From Vulcanimicrobiota bacterium (lineage in GTDB: Bacteria; Vulcanimicrobiota; Vulcanimicrobiia; Vulcanimicrobiales; Vulcanimicrobiaceae), in NCBI GenBank assembly GCA_963695225.1, contig OY968762.1, forward strand, positions 768,001 through 832,000: a stretch of DNA of 64,000 bases, in the 5' to 3' direction. Below are positions 40,286-49,834 of the stretch, in pieces. The position numbers were made by a program, and so were the translations under genes. Under the pieces are notes generated by a model. It saw only the letters and a program-made list of their open reading frames with translations. It did no database searches and had not been told where the DNA came from. Position 1 is the first letter of the stretch; every line of letters begins with the position of its first letter.

Positions 40286-41257
40286 TTACGAACGGAGCGC
40301 AGCAAGCGCATCGCGGAACGTGTCGACCGGCACGATCCTGATCCCGCGCTCGCCCGAGATGTCGCGGTAGTTCTCGCGCGGCACGAAGAAGACGCTCGCT
40401 CCGGCGCGCCGCGCCGCGATCAGCTTCTGTGCCGTTCCTTCGATAGGCCCGACGCGGCCGTCGAAGGCGAGCGTCCCCGTCCCCGCGATCGACGTGCGCC
40501 CCACGCGCTCGCCGGGGCGCAGCGCACCGTAGATCTCGAGCGCGAACATCAAGCCCCCGGAACTGCCGCTGATGTTCTTCAGATCGAACCGGACCGGGAT
40601 CGGGAGGTCGGGTTTGAGCGTGCGTGACGAGAGCGCGATCCCGAAACGGGTTCCGCTCTTCGTCGCGATCGTCGGGGCGCGAACGTTCAGGACGCCGCCG
40701 CGGCGGCGCACGACGGCGGCAACGAGGGAGCCCGGCGCGAGCCCGCGGATCGCTTTCGCGACCTCGGCCGACGCCGTCACCGCGCGCCCGTTCACGGAGA
40801 GCAAGACGTCCCCCACCGCAAACGCCCCGCGGGCCTTCGATTCCGGGAGGATCTCCTCGATGACGATCGCTTCCGGCGGGTCGGCGACGTGGAACCCGGC
40901 CGCGCGCTCCGCGACGACCGCGGCGACGTCCTGGCTCGAACTCATCGCGTCCTCGAGGACGCGGTCGTACTGCTGCAGCGAGACCCCGGCCGGCGCGATC
41001 GCGTCGCGCTGCACGAGCCGCACGCCGGGCAGAAAGCGGGCGGCGAGCATGGTCGCGGTCGCGGGCGCGATGATCACGTCGGTCAGATAGTACGGCTGCG
41101 ACGGCGGCGCGTGCCCTTCGACGACGACGCGCGCGCGCAGGTCGACGGCGGAGCCCGGCGCGACGATGTAATACGGCGTCGGGATGAACGAGAGCACGAC
41201 GAAGAGCCCGACGGCGGCGGCCGCCGCCAGGGCCCTTCGACGGACGACGTTCCGCAC
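40286..41257 (-). CDS. PDZ-domain Lon-like (S16) protease, YlbL type
   Basis: PYYIVAPGSA, PDZ domain, ISGSSGGLMFAL (Ser), IAGTGT...IEGTAQK (Lys). Confidence 0.9.
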   Translation of the reverse strand: MRNVVRRRALAAAAAVGLFVVLSFIPTPYYIVAPGSAVDLRARVVVEGHAPPSQPYYLTDVIIAPATATMLAARFLPGVRLVQRDAIAPAGVSLQQYDRVLEDAMSSSQDVAAVVAERAAGFHVADPPEAIVIEEILPESKARGAFAVGDVLLSVNGRAVTASAEVAKAIRGLAPGSLVAAVVRRRGGVLNVRAPTIATKSGTRFGIALSSRTLKPDLPIPVRFDLKNISGSSGGLMFALEIYGALRPGERVGRTSIAGTGTLAFDGRVGPIEGTAQKLIAARRAGASVFFVPRENYRDISGERGIRIVPVDTFRDALAALRS

Positions 41258-41262
41258 GTTCG

Positions 41263-41853
41263 CTAGGACACGACCTCCGCGGGGACCGCGACCTTCTCGG
41301 CCTCCGCGTCGAACGCTTCGCGCTTGCTCCTCGCCGCCGCATCCGCGAGCGCGCTGCGCTGGGCGGGTCGCTGCGCGGCTGCCGGCTGCTGAGCGGCCGC
41401 CTGCGCGCGGGCCTGCTGCGCGGCCAGCGCCTCTTGCCCCTTCTTCACGGAGCCGAGCGCCGTCCCCAGGCGCGATTCCAATTCGGCGAGCATCTGCGCG
41501 GCGTAGGCGTCGGCGCCCTCGCGCACGCGACGGGCCTTCTCTTCTGCCTCCCGCAGCACGATCTCGGCCGTCGCCCGCGCTTGCTTCACGATCTCCGCCT
41601 GGTCGACGAGCTGCGTGTGCGCGACCGTCGCCTCGCTGACGATCTGCTGCGCCTTCTCCTGCGCGTCGCGGATCACGCGCTCTTTGTTGTTCGAGATCAC
41701 TTTCGCGCGCCCGACTTCTTCGGGGAGCGTCGAGCGCATCTTCTGGACGTAATCCGTCAGGCGTTCCTCGCTCAGGATGCGCATCCCGAACGGCAGCCAG
41801 GTTCCGTCTTGCACGTAAGCTTCGAGCTTATCGATGACGCGGTAGATCGACAT
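41263..41853 (-). CDS. Coiled-coil DivIVA/SepIVA-like conserved protein downstream of coaD
   Basis: IDKLE...LPEE...AQEKAQQIV...GADAYA coiled coil; conserved rsmD-coaD-X context. Confidence 0.75.
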   Translation of the reverse strand: MSIYRVIDKLEAYVQDGTWLPFGMRILSEERLTDYVQKMRSTLPEEVGRAKVISNNKERVIRDAQEKAQQIVSEATVAHTQLVDQAEIVKQARATAEIVLREAEEKARRVREGADAYAAQMLAELESRLGTALGSVKKGQEALAAQQARAQAAAQQPAAAQRPAQRSALADAAARSKREAFDAEAEKVAVPAEVVS

Positions 41854-42367
41854 GCGTACCTCCGATCGGACGATGCTTGGCCTGCATGAGAGCAAGGACG
41901 TTTGCCGGCACGAACGCCGTCACGTCGCCGCCTTGCAGGAAGACTTCTTTGATGAGACTCGAGCTGAGGAACGAGTACCCGGCGTCGGACATCAGGAACA
42001 TCGTATCGACGTCGGCCAGGGAGCGGTTCATGTGCGCGAACGCCATCTCGTTCTCGAAATCCGAGACGACGCGCAGGCCCTTCACGATCACGTCGATCTT
42101 CTCTTGAACGACGAAATCGGCCAAGAGCCCGCGAAAGTGCGAGACGCGCACGTTCGGATGCGACGCGACGCACGCGCGCAGCATCGTCTCTCGCTCGTCG
42201 AGCGAGAAGAACGGGTCGCGCTTCTGCGGGTTCACCACCACGGCGACCGTCACGAGCGGGAAGATCGCGGCCGCGCGTACGATGATGTCGAGGTGGCCGT
42301 TCGTCGGCGGATCGAACGAGCCGGGGCAACAAGCGTGCGCTCGAACGATCTCGTTACTGCTCTGCAT
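41828..42367 (-). CDS. coaD: Pantetheine-phosphate adenylyltransferase
   Basis: PGSFDPPTNGHLDII, KGLRVVSDFENE, SSSLIKE. Confidence 0.96.
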   Translation of the reverse strand: MQSSNEIVRAHACCPGSFDPPTNGHLDIIVRAAAIFPLVTVAVVVNPQKRDPFFSLDERETMLRACVASHPNVRVSHFRGLLADFVVQEKIDVIVKGLRVVSDFENEMAFAHMNRSLADVDTMFLMSDAGYSFLSSSLIKEVFLQGGDVTAFVPANVLALMQAKHRPIGGTHVDLPRHR

Positions 42368-42902
42368 CGACCGCCAAGAATTGCAAGGTCACTTCTCCAT
42401 AATGGGCTTCGCGCACGGCCGAGAACCCCGGCCCCGCAAGGGCTGGAGCGCCCGTGCGCCGTTCGTAGACGAGCGTCGTGCCGGCGTCGATCGCGCCGCG
42501 CTCGCGCAGCGCTGCGAAGACCGCGAGCGGCGGCTCCTGCGCGTACGGCGGATCTGCGTAGACGATATCGAAGCGTCCGCTCAAACGCGCGACCGCGCGC
42601 TTCGCGGAAGTCGGGAGGACGGCGATGCGGTCTCGAAGTTCGAGACGTTCCGCCGTCGCTTTGATTGCGGCGGCCGTCGGCGCGTGCATCTCCACGAACG
42701 TAACGTACGCCGCGCCGCGCGAAAGGGCCTCGAACCCGATCGCGCCGCTCCCCGCGAACAGATCCAGAACGCGCGCATCGACGATGCGCGTGCCGAGGAT
42801 CGAGAAGAGCGCCTCTTTCACTTTGCCGGGCGTCGGCCGGACAGCGAGGCCGCGGGGGGTGGGAATCGAACGGTTGCGCAGCGTTCCGCCGCTCAGCCGC
42901 AT
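42354..42902 (-). CDS. rsmD: 16S rRNA m2G966 methyltransferase
   Basis: RPTPGKVKEALF, LDLFAGSGAIGFEALSRGA, DPPY. Confidence 0.94.
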   Translation of the reverse strand: MRLSGGTLRNRSIPTPRGLAVRPTPGKVKEALFSILGTRIVDARVLDLFAGSGAIGFEALSRGAAYVTFVEMHAPTAAAIKATAERLELRDRIAVLPTSAKRAVARLSGRFDIVYADPPYAQEPPLAVFAALRERGAIDAGTTLVYERRTGAPALAGPGFSAVREAHYGEVTLQFLAVDAEQ

Positions 42903-42991
42903 CGTGCATCCCCACGCGCGATCGTCATTCAGTTCCATTCGCCGCTCCTTCTTCCGCACCTCGGCGGCCGGCCGCTCGCACGCGCGGCGCG

Positions 42992-43042
42992 TTGACCACA
43001 GCTTGTGGATAACGAGCTGTGGATAGCATGAGGATATCCACA
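42992..43042. promoter_or_regulatory. Cluster of four DnaA boxes
   Basis: Against TTATCCACA: TTGACCACA 42992-43000 (2 mismatches), TGTGGATAA 43004-43012 (perfect), TGTGGATAG 43018-43026 (1 mismatch), ATATCCACA 43034-43042 (1 mismatch). Confidence 0.8.
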
Positions 43043-43166
43043 GCGAGCGCCGTACGATCGTCGAGCCGGCTTTCGTCTCGCTCTGCTTGTGGACGCTCGT
43101 GCTCGTCGCGTGCGATGCGTGACCGCGTTGATGCGCATCGGCAGCGCCGAGCGTCGAGACGGCGGT

Positions 43167-45371
43167 CTAACTGCTCACGAGCGTGGCGCGCGCGCTCGCG
43201 TCGTCGTCGGCGAGAGCGCGCAGCGCGCGGTGTTCGGGACGGGCGAGGAACGGATCGGCGGCGACGAGTGCGTCGGCATCGGCTTTCGCTTGCATGTAGA
43301 GCGCGAAATCGTTGACGACGCTGCCGAGCAAGCCGGCGGCGCCGCCGGACTGTTCGGTGCCGGCGAACTCGCCCTCGCCGCGCAGGCGCAGGTCGGCTTC
43401 GGCGATCTCGAAACCGTCCGTCGTCTTCGCGAGGATCGAGAGGCGCTCGACGAACGCCATGTCGTCCGGCGCGACCAGCAGGCAATACGAACGCTCGGCT
43501 CCGCGGCCCACGCGCCCGCGCAACTGGTGCAACTGCGCGAGGCCGTAACGATGCGCGTCGAGGATCACCATCACGGTCGAGTTCGGAACGTCGACGCCGA
43601 CTTCGACGACGGTCGTAGCCAGCAGCACGTCGATCTCGCCGCGGACGAAGCGCCCCATCACGGCATCCTTCTCGCGCGAGCCGAGCCGGCCGTGGATCAA
43701 GCCGACGCGCAGATCCGGGAAGACGCGCGTCTCGAGCTCTTCGAGCTCTTCGATCGCGCTCGTCAGCTCGGATTCGGATTGATCGATCGCGGGCGCGACG
43801 ACGTAAGCCTGGCGCCCGAGCGCGACGTTCTTGCGCACGAAATCGTAAGCGAGCGACTTGCGGCTCTCCCGCAGGACGTACGTCTCGATCGGCGTGCGGC
43901 CGGGCGGCAGCTCGTCGACGATCGAGAGATCGAGATCCGCGTAGCGCGTCTGCGCGAGCGTGCGAGGGATCGGCGTGGCGGTCATGTAGAGCGTGTGCGG
44001 GGCGCGACTCTTCCCGCGCAACTTCGCGCGCTGCGCGACGCCGAAGCGGTGCTGCTCGTCGATGACGACCAGCCCGAGGTTCGCGAACGTCACGTCGTCG
44101 GTGAGGAGCGCGTGCGTTCCGACGGCGAGATCGCATTCGCCGCTGCCGATGCGCGCGAGCGCCGTTTCGCGCGCGCGCGCGCCGATGCTGCCGAACAGCG
44201 CCTCCGTGCGGATGCCGTACGGCAGCAACAGCGGCGAGAGTTTGGCCGCGTGCTGCGAGGCGAGGATCTCCGTCGGAGCCATCAGCGCCGATTGCACGCC
44301 CGCCCGCGCGGCGAGCACGATCGCGGCCGCCGCGACGAGCGTCTTCCCGCTCCCGACGTCGCCTTGCAAGAGACGGTTCATCGGGGCGGGGCGCGCCATA
44401 TCGCCCCACAGCTCTCGGATGACGCGGCGCTGCGCCCCCGTCGGCGGGAACGGCAGTTCCGCCGTGAACGTCTCCCACAATCCCGCGGGAGCGACCAGCG
44501 GGACGGCACCGCCTGCGGCGCTGCGTTGCGCGCGTTTGAGCGCGGCGGCGAGCGCGATCCCGAAGAACTCCTCGTAGATCAGCCGCTCGCGCGCGGCGCT
44601 CGCGGCGTCGAGCGTCGGCGGGCGGTGCACGGTGCGCCAGGCTTCGCGCAGCGGCGGGTAGCCGCGCCGCGCGAGCACGTCCGGCGGGAGCGTTTCGCGC
44701 AAGAGCCCTTCGAGTGCGGAGAGGTTGCGTTCGATGAGCGTGGCGATCGTGCGGGACGTGACCTCTTTGCTCGCGCGGTAGACCGGGACGATCGCGCCCG
44801 CATAGACGTCGTCCGGGCCCATGATCCGGTGGCTCAGCACGTTGATCTCGACGCCGAGCGAACCGCGCCGGCGCTTGACCTGCGCGCGCCCGTGCACGAA
44901 GATGCGATCGCCGGCGGCGAGCTTCCCGGCGAGGCCGCGACGGCCGAACCAGCTCGCTTTGATGCGCCCCGTGCCGTCGTCGATTTCGGCCGTGACGATC
45001 TGCACGCGCCCGCGGAATTCACTCGCGCCGACGATCGTGCCCACGATGATGTCCTCAAACGAGTCGGCGTCCTCGGGGCTGCGCGCGCGTTCGAGGGCGG
45101 TTTGCATGACCTGCGCGATCGGCGTGGGCGTGCGCCAATCTTTGTAATCGCGCGGATAGGTCGTCGCGAGATCGAGGGGCGTGCGGATCTCGAGCGCTTC
45201 GAGCTTGCGCGCGAGTTCGGGCCCGACGCCGCGCAGTTCGCGCAGCGTCCGAGGGCCCGCGGCGGGGGCTACTTCGCGCGGCGTAACAGTTCTTCGCCCA
45301 CGTCGTCGAGCGCGACGCCGCGTTCCGCGAGCAGCACCTGCAGGTGGAAGAGCAGGTCGGCGCTCTCCCAC
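43167..45371 (-). CDS. recG: ATP-dependent DNA helicase RecG (start codon uncertain)
   Basis: GVGP...[62 protein letters not shown]. Confidence 0.95.
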   Translation of the reverse strand: MGERRPALPPAGAARGTRRRARRRGRRTVTPREVAPAAGPRTLRELRGVGPELARKLEALEIRTPLDLATTYPRDYKDWRTPTPIAQVMQTALERARSPEDADSFEDIIVGTIVGASEFRGRVQIVTAEIDDGTGRIKASWFGRRGLAGKLAAGDRIFVHGRAQVKRRRGSLGVEINVLSHRIMGPDDVYAGAIVPVYRASKEVTSRTIATLIERNLSALEGLLRETLPPDVLARRGYPPLREAWRTVHRPPTLDAASAARERLIYEEFFGIALAAALKRAQRSAAGGAVPLVAPAGLWETFTAELPFPPTGAQRRVIRELWGDMARPAPMNRLLQGDVGSGKTLVAAAAIVLAARAGVQSALMAPTEILASQHAAKLSPLLLPYGIRTEALFGSIGARARETALARIGSGECDLAVGTHALLTDDVTFANLGLVVIDEQHRFGVAQRAKLRGKSRAPHTLYMTATPIPRTLAQTRYADLDLSIVDELPPGRTPIETYVLRESRKSLAYDFVRKNVALGRQAYVVAPAIDQSESELTSAIEELEELETRVFPDLRVGLIHGRLGSREKDAVMGRFVRGEIDVLLATTVVEVGVDVPNSTVMVILDAHRYGLAQLHQLRGRVGRGAERSYCLLVAPDDMAFVERLSILAKTTDGFEIAEADLRLRGEGEFAGTEQSGGAAGLLGSVVNDFALYMQAKADADALVAADPFLARPEHRALRALADDDASARATLVSS

Positions 45372-45904
45372 TTCAGCTCGTCCTTCGACGCGTTCTTCGC
45401 GGCGATCACGACTTCGGTCGCTTCCTCGCCGATCTTCTTGCAGATCCGGTCGACGCCGTCGTGCAGGAGCTTCGCGACGTAGCTCTGCGCGGGATCTGCG
45501 CTGCGGCGCCGTTCGATGACCGCTTCGAGATGGCGCAAGGCGCGTTCGATGGTGCCCGGCTCGGGGTAAGCGGCCCGCGGCGGTTCGCCGGCGAGCGTCC
45601 TCTCGAAGCAGGTGGGGGCGCCGGTATGGCAAGCGGGGCCGGCGGGCTCGACGCGGTAGAGGAGGGCGTCGCCGTCGCAATCGACGTCGACTCCGGCAAC
45701 GCGTTGCGTGTTCCCGGAGGTTTCACCCTTGCGCCACAGCGCTTTGCGCGAACGGCTGTAGAGCCAGGTCGTGCGCTCCGCGAGCGTGCGTTCGAGCGCT
45801 TCGCGATTCGCGTAGGCCAGCGTCAGGACGCGTCCGCTCGCGGCATCCTGGATGACGACGGGCAGCAGCCCGTCCGCTCCCCATTCGAGTTCATCGATCG
45901 ACAT
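45269..45904 (-). CDS. hisIE: Bifunctional PR-AMP cyclohydrolase / PR-ATP diphosphatase
   Basis: [44 protein letters not shown]. Confidence 0.96.
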   Translation of the reverse strand: MSIDELEWGADGLLPVVIQDAASGRVLTLAYANREALERTLAERTTWLYSRSRKALWRKGETSGNTQRVAGVDVDCDGDALLYRVEPAGPACHTGAPTCFERTLAGEPPRAAYPEPGTIERALRHLEAVIERRRSADPAQSYVAKLLHDGVDRICKKIGEEATEVVIAAKNASKDELKWESADLLFHLQVLLAERGVALDDVGEELLRRAK

Positions 45905-46676
45905 GATCGTGATGTACGATGGGCCGAATCGGGATTCCGCGCGATGCAAGCTCCGCCTTGAGCGCGCCGATATCCAGCTCGCCGAAATGGAACAGCGAGG
46001 CGGCGAGCGCGGCGTCGGCGCCGGCGGCGAACGCCTCGGCGAAGTGCTCCGGCGTCCCGGCGCCGCCCGAGGCGATCACCGGCACCTCGACCGCCCCGTG
46101 GATCGCTTGCGTCAATTCCAGATCGAAGCCGGCCTTCGTGCCGTCGGCGTCCATGCTCGTGAGCAGGATCTCCCCCGCGCCGAGCGCCGTCGCCTCGCGC
46201 GCCCATTCGACCGCGTCGCGCCCCGTCGGCGTGCGCCCGCCGTCGATCACGACCTCCCAGCCCGGCGCGCCGTGCCGCCGCCGCGCGTCGATCGCGAGCA
46301 CCACGCATTGGCTGCCGAACTCGTCGGCGGCGCGGCGCAGCACGTTCGGATCGCGCAGGGCCGCGCTGTTGATCGAGACCTTGTCGCAGCCCGCGCGCAG
46401 CAGATCGCGCACGTCGTCCGCGCTGCGCACGCCGCCGCCGACCGCGAACGGGATCGTGAGCTCCGCCGCGACCGCTCGCACGACGTCGAGCATCGCGCGC
46501 CGCCCTTCGATCGTCGCCGTGATGTCGAGGAAGACGACTTCGTCGGCGCCGCGCGCTTCGTAGATGCGGGCGAGCGCGACGGGATCCCCCGCGTCGACGA
46601 GTTCCAGGAAGCGGATCCCCTTGACGACGCGCCCCGCCTTGATGTCGAGACAGGGGATGATGCGCTTGGCGAGCAC
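45891..46676 (-). CDS. hisF: Imidazole glycerol phosphate synthase cyclase subunit
   Basis: [46 protein letters not shown]. Confidence 0.97.
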   Translation of the reverse strand: MLAKRIIPCLDIKAGRVVKGIRFLELVDAGDPVALARIYEARGADEVVFLDITATIEGRRAMLDVVRAVAAELTIPFAVGGGVRSADDVRDLLRAGCDKVSINSAALRDPNVLRRAADEFGSQCVVLAIDARRRHGAPGWEVVIDGGRTPTGRDAVEWAREATALGAGEILLTSMDADGTKAGFDLELTQAIHGAVEVPVIASGGAGTPEHFAEAFAAGADAALAASLFHFGELDIGALKAELASRGIPIRPIVHHDHVDR

Positions 46677-46679
46677 GGG

Positions 46680-48086
46680 CTAACGGACCCGTGCCTTCAC
46701 GCCGGCGGGAAGGCCGTCGATCGCGACGACGAGGATCGCGAGGTCGTCTTCGACCTTCCCGCCCGTCAGCGTGCGCACGCGCGTGACGAGCGAATCGGCG
46801 CAGGCCTGCGGCTCGCGCGGACCGTCGCCCAAGAGGCGCATGGCGCCCGTATCCTCGAGGAGCCGCCCCTTGCGGTCGCGCGCCTCCGTCAGACCGTCGG
46901 TCGCGAGCAGGATGAGGTCTCCGCGGGAGAGCGCCAGCGTGCGCGTTTCGTAACCGAACGAGGGGTCGAGCCCGATGATCGGGCCCGTCACGTCGAGCTG
47001 AGTCACGTTCCCGCCGCGGCGCAGGAACGCGCCCGCGTGCCCGGCGCTCGCGTACTCCAGTTCCATTTTCGGGATGTCCAAGATGCCGACGAAGCACACG
47101 ACGAACAGCTGCGGGTTCTTGATCGTGTCCAGGAAGACGCGGTTGAACGCACCGAGGATGTGCGCCGGGTTCGGATCGCTCACGGCGAGCGCGCGGATCG
47201 AATACTTGACGAAGGCCGTATTGACGGCCGCCTCGATCCCCTTGCCGCTGACGTCGGCCACGATCAGGAGGGCGCGGCCCTCCCCCAGCCGGCGGACGTC
47301 GAAGAGGTCGCCGCCGACCGAGACGTCACGCGTCGCCGAGATGTAGGCCGTCCCCACGCGGGTCCCGGCGAGCTCGTCCCAGCCGGTGCGGAACGCGCCT
47401 TGGAGCGTTTCCGTGATGCCGCGCTCGCGATCGATTTGCGCGAGCATGCGGGCCCGCGAGCCGACGAAGACGATGCCGAACGCGCCGAACAGGATGATCA
47501 GCCCGAGCGCGACGACGAGCGTTTGATTGATGTGGACCTTCAGATCGCGCTGAGCCTTCTGCTCGCGCTCGTCGAGAAGCGCGCGCACGCCCGTCGCATC
47601 GGCCTGGACCTGATCGCTGAGGACCTTCCCGATCTTCTGCAGGTCGCGCGACTTGTTCGCGGTCCGCGGCCTTTCCAGGAGCGGACGGGCGACTTGTTCG
47701 ATCCACTCCCGGTTGAGCTGCCGCATCTCGTCGAAAGCGGCTTCGAGTTCCGTGATGTCCAGGGGTGCCGTCGCATCTTTCAGGCGCGTGATCGCCTGAT
47801 CGAAGCTGTCGACGGCCGTCACGTACGGCGAGAGATACGACTCGTCGTTCGTCGCGAGGTAGCCGCGCAAGCCGTTATCTTCTTGAAGTTGCAAGCGCAG
47901 GACGGCATCGAGCGTCTGCTCCGCGCGCGAGAGCGTCCGTTGCAGCGCGGCCGAGGAATCGAGCTGCCGGTAGATGCCGAGCGCGGTGAGAAGCGCGATG
48001 ACGAGCGCAAATACGAGGAGCGCCCCGAGCGTTAACGCTCCGCGCCGATTCGACTCACGATATGCGATCCGTCGGAGCTCTAGCAT
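46680..48086 (-). CDS. CHASE3-like sensor + PP2C/SpoIIE-type phosphatase
   Basis: TM-(GLRGYLAT..ESYL.PY)-TM, then VGGDLFD, ADVSGKG, SAGH, ATDGLTEA, DDLAIL. Confidence 0.9.
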   Translation of the reverse strand: MLELRRIAYRESNRRGALTLGALLVFALVIALLTALGIYRQLDSSAALQRTLSRAEQTLDAVLRLQLQEDNGLRGYLATNDESYLSPYVTAVDSFDQAITRLKDATAPLDITELEAAFDEMRQLNREWIEQVARPLLERPRTANKSRDLQKIGKVLSDQVQADATGVRALLDEREQKAQRDLKVHINQTLVVALGLIILFGAFGIVFVGSRARMLAQIDRERGITETLQGAFRTGWDELAGTRVGTAYISATRDVSVGGDLFDVRRLGEGRALLIVADVSGKGIEAAVNTAFVKYSIRALAVSDPNPAHILGAFNRVFLDTIKNPQLFVVCFVGILDIPKMELEYASAGHAGAFLRRGGNVTQLDVTGPIIGLDPSFGYETRTLALSRGDLILLATDGLTEARDRKGRLLEDTGAMRLLGDGPREPQACADSLVTRVRTLTGGKVEDDLAILVVAIDGLPAGVKARVR

Positions 48087-48105
48087 CGTTCTGGGGGGTT
48101 CAACG

Positions 48106-48177
48106 AGGCGACGCCCAGATTCGAACTGGGGAATAGAGCTTTTGCAGAGCTCCGCCTTACCACTTGGCTACGTCGCC
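48106..48177 (-). tRNA. tRNA-Cys (GCA); CCA not encoded
   Basis: GGCGACGTAGCCAAGTGGTAAGGCGGAGCTCTGCAAAAGCTCTATTCCCCAGTTCGAATCTGGGCGTCGCCT folds as a cloverleaf with U73. Confidence 0.97.
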
Positions 48178-48216
48178 GTTCGCGCCTATTCACGGCTGTT
48201 TCGGAAGAGCTCCACG

Positions 48217-48287
48217 AGCGGGTGGCGGGAATCGAACCCGCGCGTCAACCTTGGGAAGGTCGCAGGCTACCATTACATCACACCCGC
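48217..48287 (-). tRNA. tRNA-Gly (CCC); CCA not encoded
   Basis: GCGGGTGTGATGTAATGGTAGCCTGCGACCTTCCCAAGGTTGACGCGCGGGTTCGATTCCCGCCACCCGCT folds as a cloverleaf. Confidence 0.96.
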
Positions 48288-48429
48288 GAGGTGGGCTTCG
48301 GGTTGCGCCGTTCGGTACCGGGCAGCCTCGTCCCCCCAGCCCCGGAACTTTCGGGCTGCCCGCGTTGTATACTCGGTTGGACGGCGTCCTGGCGCGACCG
48401 TCTCGCACTCTTTCTCTAGGAGTTCCTTC

Positions 48430-49026
48430 GTGAAGAAGATTCTCGGCCTGGCGACGGGCTTTGCCCTGTGTGCCTCACTCGCCGCACCGGCGCTCACCTC
48501 GGCGCAAGCCGTGATGCAGACCGCTCCGACCGTGCTCGTCGAAAAGGGCAAGGAAGTGGATGCGGTCCTTCAAGTGCCCCTGAGCAGCAAGACGAACCAC
48601 GACGGCGACCGGTTCACGCTCGCGCAGAAGGATACGTTCTGGCATCGCAAGCCGCAACTCAACGGCGCCTTCATCGACGGGCACGTCGAAAACGTCTCCC
48701 CGGCCGGGCCGATGAAGAAGGCGACGATGAACCTCGTGTTCGACGACATCAAGCTGGCCGACGGAACGAGCGTCCCGCTGAGCGCTAAGCTCATCTCGCT
48801 CAAAGAAGTCGAACCCAAGACGCACGAGCTCCGCGATACGGCGATCATCATCGGATCGGCCGTGGGCGGCCACATGGTCGGCAAGAGCACCGGCGGAACG
48901 GTCGCAGGCGCGGCCGCCGGCGTGGCCTTGGTCCAGACCCTCAAGGACGACATCAAGGTGAAGCAAGGCACGATCCTGCGCCTGAAGCTGCTCCAGCCGA
49001 TCGTGACGGGCGCCGGCAACAGCTAA
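48430..49026 (+). CDS. Exported hypothetical protein with a glycine-zipper-like segment
   Basis: GTG 48430 with AGGAG SD; signal peptide; LSSKTNHDGDRF; GSAVGG...GAAAG. Confidence 0.78.
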   Translation: MKKILGLATGFALCASLAAPALTSAQAVMQTAPTVLVEKGKEVDAVLQVPLSSKTNHDGDRFTLAQKDTFWHRKPQLNGAFIDGHVENVSPAGPMKKATMNLVFDDIKLADGTSVPLSAKLISLKEVEPKTHELRDTAIIIGSAVGGHMVGKSTGGTVAGAAAGVALVQTLKDDIKVKQGTILRLKLLQPIVTGAGNS

Positions 49027-49049
49027 CGCACTTCGCCGGGCTTCCCCTG

Positions 49050-49096
49050 CGACGGGCTCAGGGTGACATGGCGTTCGTGTCATCCTGAGCTCGTCG
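49050..49096. repeat. REP-like 20-bp inverted repeat between convergent genes
   Basis: CGACGGGCTCAGGGTGACAT-N7-GTGTCATCCTGAGCTCGTCG; all three mismatches are G-U compatible on the plus strand. Confidence 0.65.
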
Positions 49097-49152
49097 AACG
49101 TCATCCTCCGACAATCTCACGCCTCGACGGGCCGGTGTGACGTTGGGATACG

Positions 49153-49821
49153 TTACAGTGCCTCGCCGTAGCGTTCGCGGTGCAGGCGGCGCGCTTGTTC
49201 CACCCAGTGATCGCGCGCAATGCGGTGGCGGAACTCGTGCGCGTGCGAGGCGAACTGGTCCGCGTCCTGTTCCGTCCAGAGCGCGATCTGGCGGTAGTTG
49301 AAGATCCCATACTTGTTCAGCGCGCGCTCGAGCACGGGCCCGATCCCGCGGATCGCGGTGAGATCGTCGCGCAGCGCGATCCCCGGCGTGATCGGGACGG
49401 GCTCCCCGCTCTCTATTTCGTGCAGCAGGCTGCGCATACGCAGCAAATCCGCATCTTTCTTCGCGCTCGCGTCGCGGCTGGCAGCGAGATCGTTCTGCAA
49501 CGCCAGCACGACCGTCGCCGAGAACGTGCCGGGAGCGGCGTAACCGCCCGCCGTCGAGGACGGCACCGGCGGCACACTCGCCGCGGAAGGCCCGCCGGTC
49601 GCGCCCGCCGCGGACGGCGCAGCCTGGGCAACCGGTGCAACCGGCGTAAGCGGCGCTCCGCCGGAACGCGAGGCGCGTTCGGATCCCGCGCGCTCGCGCC
49701 AGGCGCGCTCCTTCTCCTTCAGCGTTCCTTCGAACGACATGCTGCGCAGCGCCCAGCCGATGGCGATGCCGAGCGCGAGCGCCACGACGAGGGTTGCGAG
49801 GGTCTCGAAGACGGACGGCAT
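49153..49821 (-). CDS. Membrane-anchored protein with a C-terminal helix-hairpin-helix-like (COG3743-like) domain
   Basis: N-terminal TM, low-complexity linker, DDLTAIRGIGPVLERALNKYGIFNYRQIALWT...RIARDHWVEQAR. Confidence 0.8.
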   Translation of the reverse strand: MPSVFETLATLVVALALGIAIGWALRSMSFEGTLKEKERAWRERAGSERASRSGGAPLTPVAPVAQAAPSAAGATGGPSAASVPPVPSSTAGGYAAPGTFSATVVLALQNDLAASRDASAKKDADLLRMRSLLHEIESGEPVPITPGIALRDDLTAIRGIGPVLERALNKYGIFNYRQIALWTEQDADQFASHAHEFRHRIARDHWVEQARRLHRERYGEAL

Positions 49822-49834
49822 CGCGATCTCTCCC

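Noticed and set aside
42903..43166. oriC at the DnaA-box cluster
   Set aside because: Only four boxes, no AT-rich unwinding element, no dnaA/dnaN/gidA context; kept as a non-origin cluster.
36039..48035. Long ORFs such as 36039..37829, 43089..45482 and 45852..48035
   Set aside because: Arg/Ala-rich antisense shadows of well-supported genes, expected at high GC; no recognisable motifs.
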